The position numbers and the translations under genes are program-made. A stretch of DNA of 10,154 bases from Octopus sinensis (lineage: Eukaryota): the NCBI RefSeq assembly GCF_006345805.1, contig NW_021827771.1, forward strand, positions 1 to 10,154, written 5' to 3'. Under the pieces are notes generated by a model. It did no database searches and had not been told where the DNA came from. It was given only the letters and a program-made list of their open reading frames with translations. Positions 1 to 7,664 of this stretch are shown piece after piece (positions within the stretch are counted from its first letter, which is position 1; the number at the start of each line of letters is the position of its first letter).

Positions 1-331
1 CAAATTATCTTTCTTATCCATGCTTGTGCCTATTCAAGCAAGAAAACTCTACAACACACATAAAGTTTATTTAAGCACCTCACCCATATAATTCTTCTTG
101 TATAAAAACTTCTTGCGTAAAAATGTTATTGACACTGCCGACTTTTCGATAATGCATCGATAATGCTGTAAACCACTGAACCATGAGCTTTCATGGTTAA
201 TCGGAAGATTACAGTTAATCTTCCATTCTAGCCCTTTGCCTGTCCTGTGCGACACGTGATACACTGCCCGTATTTCCCTGGCATCCATGCACCATATATG
301 ATGTACATACTCAATATTTTTTAACCACCAC

Positions 332-448
332 AAGGCGGCGAGCTGACAGAAACGTCTGTCTTTACGTTCTGAGTTCAAATTCTGCCGATCTAATCGACTG
401 GTCCTCTCCCCATAAAAATTCGGGTTTGTGCCTAGAGTAGAAAAGAAT
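332..448 (+). mobile_element. tRNA-like SINE, family A, copy 1 (two internal deletions)
   Basis: Colinear with 7665-7889: AAGGCGGCGAGCTGACAGAA head, B-box-like GTTCAAATTC (373-382), and shared tail TCTAATCGACTGG...TTGTGCCTAGAGTAGAAAA. It lacks about 35 nt and 65 nt of internal sequence. Confidence 0.85.
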
Positions 449-710
449 GCATCATTCATTTCCAAGACATATTATTCTCTTTTGTTTACATGGCTTTGTT
501 TTTTAAGTTCTTTGTACGACTGCTGGGTACTTAATATCTTATCCAAATGTTTTTCGTGGTGTTTCGAAATACATTCACGTTGAGTTGTCTTTATTTTATG
601 TCAAAAACGTGATTTAGCGGGTTCGACGGATAAGGAAGGAACCAATGAAATAAGAACCAAAGGGAAAAATAAATACAATGACGACACAATCGTGTAAAAC
701 ACTTCAAGTA

Positions 711-760
711 GGTACTCCAGTATGGCCGCAGTCAAATTTCCACTGGCTGAAACATGTAAA
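711..760 (+). mobile_element. Orphan 3' tail fragment of SINE family B
   Basis: GGTACTCCAGTATGGCCGCAGTCAAAT...CTGAAACATGTAAA matches GGTGCTCCAGCATGGCCACAGTCAAATCAGTGAAACAAGTAGAA at about 5148-5190. Confidence 0.7.
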
Positions 761-1060
761 CGGACGTGTTTCAGAATGCGAAATCAATATCGTATAGAAG
801 GCTTAATGTGATGCGATATCAGAGTTGAAGTGACCAACAATATTATGAGACTATGGCTTTTTCCTTATCTAACGCTGTTTATTGTTGTCTGGTAAAAACT
901 TAGATTTTAATGTTGTTGTTGTTGCCTTGGTTATTGCTTTTGTTTTATTTTCTCTCTTTGTTTCTCTTTTTATCTCTTTTTTTTTCTTCTACTTATAAAC
1001 TTTGCTCACTCACATGCCTTCGTTCTTTCTCTCTATTTCCACTCGTCGTTCTATGTTCTT

Positions 1061-1149
1061 TTCTTCTTCTTCTTCTTCTTCTTCTTCTTCTTCTTCTTCT
1101 TCTTCTTCTTCTTCTTCTTCTTCTCTTCTTCTTCTTCTTCTTCTTCTTC
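1061..1149. repeat. (TTC)n microsatellite
   Basis: Near-perfect TTC run with one interruption near 1121-1127. Confidence 0.95.
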
Positions 1150-1293
1150 GTCGGCGTCGTCGCCTTCTCTTCCTTGCCCTCTCTTCTTTCCAACAACATT
1201 CTAACTTGAATCTCCTTTCCGTTTTCTCTCCCTATCAGCCTATCCGGACTCTCCTCTCTTTCTCAGTATTTACGTATGTGCATGTGTATACTC

Positions 1294-1297
1294 ACAT

Positions 1298-1334
<37 letters not shown>

Positions 1335-1349
1335 CATGTATGCATACTG

Positions 1350-1391
<42 letters not shown>

Positions 1392-1495
1392 TATTTTATG
1401 TTTATAATAATACATATATATATATATATACATATACGTGTTTATATGTATATATATATACATATATGGATGCTTTTATATATATATATATATTA

Positions 1496-1527
<32 letters not shown>

Positions 1528-1548
1528 CACGCGCACATACATACATAT
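1294..1548. repeat. Compound (CA)n/(TA)n microsatellite
   Basis: Directly visible dinucleotide runs with interruptions. Confidence 0.92.
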
Positions 1549-1635
1549 ATTCTCTCGTTCTCAACGTATTTCTTTTTACTTTGAAACTGAATACAAAGTT
1601 GTCAGTGTCTACGCCACATCGCCTAATATACTCAC

Positions 1636-1682
1636 TCTCTCACACACACACACACAAACACACACAAATACACACACACACG
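1636..1682. repeat. (CT)n/(CA)n microsatellite
   Basis: Directly visible. Confidence 0.9.
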
Positions 1683-1924
1683 CACAAGCTGTAAGTTCTT
1701 GTATATTATTTATACCTTCTTATCATCAAGTAGGTGGGGTCGATTTAGCCACGATTCTAACGTTCCTTCCAAAACCGACATATTTCACGTACTGCCCCTA
1801 AAATATATTGCCTTGTTAGCCTCCTTTGCAAATAATACAAGACACTATCACTATTAACCTTTGTCATTTTCACACTATCTTCTCTCCTCTCTCTATCTCA
1901 CTCTTCTTTCTTTCTCTTTCACTG

Positions 1925-1962
1925 TATATATAAATATATATACATATGTATATGTATATATA

Positions 1963-2002
<40 letters not shown>

Positions 2003-2105
2003 ATATATATTATATATGTATATGTATATGTATATATAATATATATATATATATTATATATACATATATATATGTGTATGTATATATATATATATATATG
2101 TGTAT

Positions 2106-2138
<33 letters not shown>

Positions 2139-2179
2139 CATATATATATATATAGTGTATATATAATATATATATATAC

Positions 2180-2220
<41 letters not shown>

Positions 2221-2364
2221 GTGTATATATATATGTATGTATATATACATTTGTGTATATATAATATATGTGTATATGTATATATATATATATATGTGTA
2301 TATTATATATAATATATATATGTATGTATGTATATATATATATATATGTGTGTATATATATATG

Positions 2365-2405
<41 letters not shown>

Positions 2406-2406
2406 A
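1925..2406. repeat. Long imperfect (TA)n microsatellite ending in (TG)n
   Basis: About 480 nt of TA repeat with G/C interruptions, followed by a TG run. Confidence 0.95.
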
Positions 2407-2878
2407 TCTTCTCTCGTTCCCGTTAGTCTCTCTGTACAAATATTTTCTTCCTCTCTCTTTCCCTCTGTCTTTCTCTCTCTCTCTTTCTCTCCCGTTCAGT
2501 AATAAGTAATACGGAGTGGTGTGAAGCTGCAGTAACCTCTCTAAGTGCCAGACTCAATCCGTCAGCCATTTTCAAGCTACCAGCTGGTTCATGCATGCTT
2601 TTAACCGGTTCCATTCGGTGGCATGCATTCAGGCCGGATTTCCGGTCGCAGGCTAACTTTCTCCTTTCCTCTTACTAGTCATGGACGCTATGAAGAAGGC
2701 TTATTGGGCGTTGCACCTCCTTCTCTGAACACACACACACACATATGGTGTTTACTGCGTGAATACTCGGTATGCAAGGCATGTCTAGGATATATAAATC
2801 CATGCGAATAATAAATCATAGTTTAATAGATATCTTTCATTTTTATGAGACAAATGGAAAGAGAGTAGATTGACACAT

Positions 2879-2935
2879 GTTGTGTGTGCGTGTGTGTGTG
2901 TATGGATAGATAGAGAAATAGATAGACAGACAGAC

Positions 2936-2986
<51 letters not shown>

Positions 2987-3028
2987 CAGACGACAGACAG
3001 ATAGATAGATAGATAGATAGATAGATAA
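2879..3028. repeat. (TG)n plus (GATA)n/(GACA)n microsatellite
   Basis: Directly visible. Confidence 0.93.
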
Positions 3029-3107
3029 CATGTTTAATTGTATAGCATGGATTTTTGATTGTACGTTCTGGCTTAGTACCAAAAGTCACCAAGATACATA
3101 ACATAGA

Positions 3108-3134
3108 CACACCACCACACACACACACACACAC

Positions 3135-3205
<71 letters not shown>

Positions 3206-3206
3206 G

Positions 3207-3237
<31 letters not shown>

Positions 3238-3267
3238 GTATATATATATGTATATATATATATGTAT
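3108..3267. repeat. (CA)n then (TA)n microsatellite
   Basis: Directly visible; abuts the SINE head at 3268. Confidence 0.93.
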
Positions 3268-3607
3268 GAAGGCGCATGGCTCAGTGGTTAGAGCGTCGAG
3301 CTTATGATCGTGAGGTTGTGAGCTCGAATCCCGGACCGGGCTGCGTGTTGTGTTCTTGAGCAAGACACTTTATTTCACGTTGCTCCAGTTCACTCAGCTG
3401 TAGAAATGAGTTGCGACGTCACAGGTGCCAAGCTGTATTGACCTTTGTCTTTCCCTTGGATAACACTGGTGGCGTGGAGAGGGGGCCGTATGCATGGGCG
3501 ACTACTGGTCTTCCATAAAACAACCTTGCCCAGACTTGTGCCTCAGAGGGTAACTCTCTAGGTGCAAACCCATGGTCACTCATGACCGAAGGGGGTCTTT
3601 ACCCTTT
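3268..3607 (+). mobile_element. Apparently full-length tRNA-derived CORE-type SINE (octopus OR-like)
   Basis: A box TGGCTCAGTGG (3277-3287) and B-box-like GCTCGAATCC (3322-3331) in a tRNA-Arg-like head. A CORE-like segment GTTCTTGAGCAAGACACTTTA...CAGCTGTAGAAATGAG follows at about 3345-3411, then about 200 nt of body. The family name comes from recalled literature (OR1/OR2 are CORE-SINEs) and was not searched. Confidence 0.88.
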
Positions 3608-3620
3608 AATATATGTATTA

Positions 3621-3663
<43 letters not shown>

Positions 3664-3693
3664 ATATAATATATATATATTATATATATATAT
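3608..3693. repeat. (TA)n microsatellite
   Basis: Directly visible, immediately after the SINE. Confidence 0.92.
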
Positions 3694-3828
3694 ACCCACT
3701 AGTACGAATATATATGCTAATCAAAGTGGAAGAAAAACAGTACTCGAACACCTAAGGTAGAGCTTGTCTGACGAATGAGAACGTGAAGTCCTGAGTGATG
3801 GTTTGTGAAGATCTTGCAACTTTAATAG

Positions 3829-3830
<2 letters not shown>

Positions 3831-3902
<72 letters not shown>
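3831..3902. repeat. (GT)36 perfect microsatellite
   Basis: 72-nt uninterrupted GT run. Confidence 0.97.
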
Positions 3903-3903
<1 letters not shown>

Positions 3904-3985
3904 GTGTCTATATATCTTTGTATGTAATGTACTCGTACATACGATCTATCTTCCGTTTCGCTTGTCGTGAGGGATCCAAATTTCA

Positions 3986-4337
3986 ATGACGTTATTCATG
4001 TAACATCGCTAATTATCTCACTAATGGAACACTTTTAATTATACCTTATAATGAAACACCTTAATGGTGGAGCTGTCGTAATTAGGTCGCTGTAAAACCT
4101 ACTAAAATGACATCACAAATCGAAACTTATTAATTGCGTTGCTAATATAATGTCAGTATTTTCGCCACTAATAAGCATAAGTTAATTATAGCACCGAAAG
4201 AACACTCTTAATCACGATGCAAATGAAACGTCATTACATTCCGTTGCTAAGAGAATGTAGTTAATTACGTCATAAATAGACTCTGGTTCATTACGTCATT
4301 AAAGGACCAACTATAATTACGTTGCTAATGTGACGTC

Positions 4338-4339
<2 letters not shown>
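3986..4339. promoter_or_regulatory. Candidate cis-regulatory module (homeodomain, CRE/ATF, octamer and RFX-like half sites)
   Basis: 15 TAAT on the + strand in 4010-4329, including six TAATTA. ACGTCAT occurs at 4228, 4267, 4293 and 4333, with a perfect TGACGTCA at 4331-4338. ATGCAAAT is at 4217-4224 and CGTTGCTAA at 4137, 4242 and 4320. Function is inferred only. Confidence 0.45.
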
Positions 4340-4368
<29 letters not shown>

Positions 4369-4432
4369 TGTTTGTATGTATGTATGTATATATATATATA
4401 TATATATATACATATATATATAGATAGATTAT

Positions 4433-4471
<39 letters not shown>

Positions 4472-4472
4472 T
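4339..4472. repeat. Compound (TATG)n/(TA)n/(GATA)n microsatellite
   Basis: Directly visible. Confidence 0.93.
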
Positions 4473-4802
4473 GTATTTCCTAGGGCTACGTTGAAAAGCC
4501 TGCAGTTGTTTTGAGGTCACCAACGCTACCAGTGTCTTTCAATCAGTTATACCAGTTTTTGATGTTTTTAGCACCTGGGAGAATTTGGCTGTATTCATTC
4601 CTAAAATTTCGTTGAACAGTAATTGCCGACTTATTTTCATGAAACCACGAAACACATTATATTTTCTCTTTCATAGAGGCAATTTTGATATGTTAACTTT
4701 ATCTAAAAAACGGGAAATGTGATTAAAAATTAAGAAAACAGGTAATGTCAATAATCAATTATGAAATTTTAGACTTCAATTTTATAAACTTCAACAACGA
4801 AA

Positions 4803-4951
4803 AAGGAGCTTGCTTACGAACTACATGGTTCCGTGTTCAGTCCTACTGCGTGGCACCTTGGGAAAGTGTCTTCTACTATAGATTCGGGCCGACCAAAGCC
4901 TTGTGAGTGGATTTGGTAGACGGAAACTAAAAGAAGCCCGTCGTATATATG

Positions 4952-4986
<35 letters not shown>

Positions 4987-5200
4987 TTGTGTGTCTGTGT
5001 TTGTCCCCCCCAACATCGCTTGACAACCGATGCTGGTGTGTTTGCGTCCCCCGTAACTTAGCGGTTCGGCAAAAGAGACCGATAGAATAATTACTAGGCT
5101 TACAAAGAATAAGTCCTGGGGTCGATTTGCTCGATCGACTTAAGGCGGTGCTCCAGCATGGCCACAGTCAAATCAGTGAAACAAGTAGAAGAGTAAAAGA
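4803..5200 (+). mobile_element. SINE family B with degraded 5' end and internal (TA)n(TG)n
   Basis: B-box-like GTTCAGTCC (4835-4843), CORE-like TGGCACCTTGGGAAAGTGTCTT, internal microsatellite at about 4944-4995, and a 3' end GGCGGTGCTCCAGCATGGCC...AAACAAGTAGAAGAGTAAAAGA. The tail is duplicated at 711-760. It resembles an abundant octopus SINE as I recall it. Confidence 0.82.
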
Positions 5201-5204
5201 CTAG

Positions 5205-5412
5205 ATGTTGTTATTGCTAGAAAGAGCGACGTATCTTTCTTTAACGTTTTACATACTTCAGCCTACACAAGTGACTGTATGAAAAACAAAATAGGAATTT
5301 TGAAAGAAGTATCTACGAGCCTAGTTTTTAAACATCGAATAGCTATGGATGTCCACCAGGATAGAATTGTGACCAAAGGAGTCCTTCGATAAAAAGCGGT
5401 TGAGAACCACTG
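5205..5412 (-). mobile_element. Truncated hAT/Charlie-type non-autonomous element (one TIR)
   Basis: The minus strand begins CAGTGGTTCTCAACC (5412-5398), a typical hAT/Charlie/MER5-like TIR. GGAC(T/A)-C-rich subterminal motifs and an AT-rich body follow. The second TIR and a TSD pair were not found. Confidence 0.6.
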
Positions 5413-6136
5413 ATCTTTATAGTGACAGGTTTGTTAATGTGGTCGTAGCTGGACGGATTCCGAATCCCACCGAAGTTTGCTCGTATTTTAGTGCTTTATG
5501 ACCTCGCATCGAACAGCTGCCATCACGTGTGGAAAACATCCAGCAATCATGTGAAGATCGACGCGCCAAATTCCTTTATCAAAGATGAACGGCTTTTCAT
5601 CATCTTCCTGGTGGCAATAGCAAAGGAAATTGTGTGATGGACAAAGTTGAAAGGCTTCAGTACAGATTCTTTTCATCTCTGGTCAAACCTTCATCAACCC
5701 CCTCACTTTTCAAGTACCACTTAAAGAGACGGTTCAGGGTCAAGAAGTGGAGTACTTCACTGCAGTGTGTTTTATGAAAGCTGAATGACAAGTGGTAAGA
5801 TTGATGAGCCTAAATGATCTTGTTCTCACCGTGCCACTCTAGATAGACAGGAAACAAGAAACTGAAAGAGAACATAGTACCTGATACGATATGTCAAGGT
5901 GATCAGAGGTTTGCTATGTGCTACCCGAAATTGCACTAGATGATTGTTACACACTCTGTATTGGAGACCTTTATTGGTTGACGTACTATTCGGCCTTCTT
6001 TTTTATTTATGTTTGGCCAGCAATTTTTTTTTTATTGCTCATTGCAACCCACCACCACCACCATCATCACTCTTTTATTTTAAGTCGTCCTTTTACTGTT
6101 CCAAAATCTTGTACCCTTGAGAGAAATAAAATCTCT

Positions 6137-6275
6137 CCGGACAAAATGCTTAGCAGTATTTTTTCCGGCTTTACGTTCTGAGTTCAAATTCCGCCGACGT
6201 TGATTAAGTCGACGTAATCGACTTAATCCTAATCCCTTCCCCCAAATTTGAGGCCGTGCACTTCCAGTAGAAAGG

Positions 6276-6278
<3 letters not shown>
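6137..6278 (+). mobile_element. SINE family A, copy 2 (5' truncated, internally deleted)
   Basis: CCGGACAAAATGCTTAGC...TTTACGTTCTGAGTTCAAATTCCGCCGA...CCCCAAATTTGAGGCC...AGTAGAAAGG aligns to 7696-7877 and 361-448; an (ATT)n run follows. Confidence 0.82.

Positions 6279-6365
<87 letters not shown>
6279..6365. repeat. (ATT)10(AGT)19 compound microsatellite
   Basis: Counted directly; in-register T to G switch at 6310. Confidence 0.95.
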
Positions 6366-6366
<1 letters not shown>

Positions 6367-6613
6367 AGACACTAGGGCGTGCTAATTTAGTTAGCAGGGA
6401 TTTTATCTTGAGGTTTGGCGACAAGAAGCTTCTTTGGGATCCTTGCAGAATATAGAAGGGTACTTTTCTGGAAGTCGACAACGCGAGTTTCAGTTCCAAT
6501 CCGTTTCAGTCTCCTAGACCACAGTTTGGGTTTTGTGCCAAGTGCACCAATTGAATAATTCGAATAATAATAGGAATAATTGTTACCTTGCTCTTCCACA
6601 GTTTATTCAGTTC
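6367..6613 (-). mobile_element. 3' fragment of an R4/Dong/Rex6-like non-LTR retrotransposon (C-terminus of the RLE-bearing ORF plus short 3' UTR), frameshifted
   Basis: The minus strand reads ELNKLWKSKVTIIPIII, then after a ~14-nt duplication-like insertion IGALGTKPKLWSRRLKRIGTETRVVDFQKSTLLYSARIPKKLL. This matches the pattern ELxxLW...(V/I)IP(I/V)(I/V)IGALG...LQKxxLLxSARIL at the C-terminus of R4/Dong-clade ORFs. A stem-loop TGCTAA/TTAGCA (6380-6396) and a (TAC)n(TAA)n tail follow. Confidence 0.82.
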
Positions 6614-6756
6614 TTCTTCTTCTTCTTCTTCTTCTTCTTCTTCTTCTTCTTCTTCTTCTTCTTCTTCTTCTTCTTCTTCTCTCTTCTTCTTCTTCTTCCT
6701 CTTCTTCTTCTTCGTCTTCTTCGTCTTCTTCTTCGTCTTCTTCCTCTTCTTCTTCG

Positions 6757-6803
<47 letters not shown>

Positions 6804-7006
6804 GTCTTCGTCTTCTTCCTCTTCTTCTTCGTCTTCTTCCTCTTCTTCTTCGTCTTCGTCTTCTTCCTCTTCTTCTTCGTCTTTTTCGTCTTCTTCTTCT
6901 TCTTCTTCTTCTCCTTCCTCTTCTTCCTCTTTTTCTTCTTCCTCTTCTTCTTCTTTCTCCTGCTCCTGCTCCTCTTCTCCTTCTTTTTCTTCTTCTTCTT
7001 CTTCTT
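6611..7006. repeat. ~400-nt (TTC)n tract with CTC/GTC variants
   Basis: No adenine on the + strand from 6611 to 7006; 21- and 27-nt higher-order units at 6741-6884. Confidence 0.96.
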
Positions 7007-7013
7007 ATTATTA

Positions 7014-7085
<72 letters not shown>

Positions 7086-7090
7086 TTATT
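7007..7090. repeat. (ATT)28 microsatellite abutting a splice acceptor
   Basis: 28 units with two variants, followed directly by CCAG. Confidence 0.95.
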
Positions 7091-7094
7091 CCAG

Positions 7095-7166
7095 ACGTTT
7101 GAACTATAACCAGATAACGGAGATTCCAGATATGCTGTTTGCCAACATGCCGAAACTTTACCGACT
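7095..7166 (+). CDS. Internal coding exon (72 nt, phase 2-2) encoding one leucine-rich repeat of an extracellular LRR protein or receptor
   Basis: Bounded by TTCCAG and GTAAGT, exactly 72 nt. It translates as (x)RLNYNQITEIPDMLFANMPKLYR(L), fitting xLxxNxIxxIPxxxFxxLxxLxxL. 72-nt phase-2 LRR exons are typical of LGR/RXFP-type receptors, but one repeat cannot identify the gene. Confidence 0.9.
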
Positions 7167-7221
7167 GTAAGTGTAAAATGATTTTTAAAAATTTTATTCT
7201 TTACTTCCAATACACAAACGG

Positions 7222-7275
7222 ATGTGTGTGTGCGCGTATGTGTGTTTGTGTGAGTGTGTTTACATATGTATGTGT
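7222..7275. repeat. Imperfect (TG)n microsatellite
   Basis: Directly visible. Confidence 0.8.
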
Positions 7276-7664
7276 GGACAACAATGTAGTAAAGATGATA
7301 AATATTGCATATGTAGCTTACACCCCAAAAAAAATTATTGGTATTTTATGAGAACAACCTACACATGATACGACTAAATACATTCGAAGTTATCCCCCTT
7401 CGTTTAATGGGAAATGTAAAATGTACCCCCATTTTGGGGGCATGGGAGACTCTGCATCGAGGAAGACGCACCCTGGTTTTGGAAATGTAGTTCTTAGAAA
7501 TTTTCTCTTTCTGTTAACCAAAGCTCCGTCCACACAATTGGACTGTGCCTAGCGAGCACACGCTAAATGCTTGTAATAAGACAAAATTGGCGGGCGGCCC
7601 TGTTTCTATGTTCTTTGGGATAATGTGCTACTTTAATTTTAAATACAATATTATAACCGTTTCT

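Noticed and set aside
203-231. Helitron 3' end (hairpin plus CTAG)
   Set aside because: CTAG is only 3 nt after the stem rather than about 10-12, and it is followed by C rather than T.
67-465. 132-aa minus-strand ORF
   Set aside because: Its start lies in the antisense of SINE copy 1; there is no recognisable domain or splice support.
1716-1820. Very decayed family A SINE fragment (GGGGTCGATTTAG; CCCCTAAAAT...GCCTTGT)
   Set aside because: Similarity is too patchy to call without an alignment tool.
3268-3345. Functional tRNA gene
   Set aside because: Poor cloverleaf pairing, altered B box, and direct continuation into a CORE-like SINE body.
910-3363. Many ORFs rich in L/S/R/K, YI, CV, HT and YLSI
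   Set aside because: They are translations of TTC, TA, TG, CA and GATA microsatellites, open on both strands, with no protein motif.
4530-4544. Partner TIR for the hAT element (CAGTGTCTTTCAATC, 11/15)
   Set aside because: The flanking 8-mers (AACGCTAC versus ATCTTTAT) do not form a TSD.
5461-5637. LRR-like words YDLASN and SSNHVKIDAPNSF
   Set aside because: No matching splice sites or 72-nt spacing, and the frame ends in a stop.
6506-7210. Long poly-K/E, poly-S, poly-L and poly-F ORFs
   Set aside because: Stop-free triplet repeats. Only the RLE fragment (minus) and the LRR exon (plus) at their edges are meaningful.
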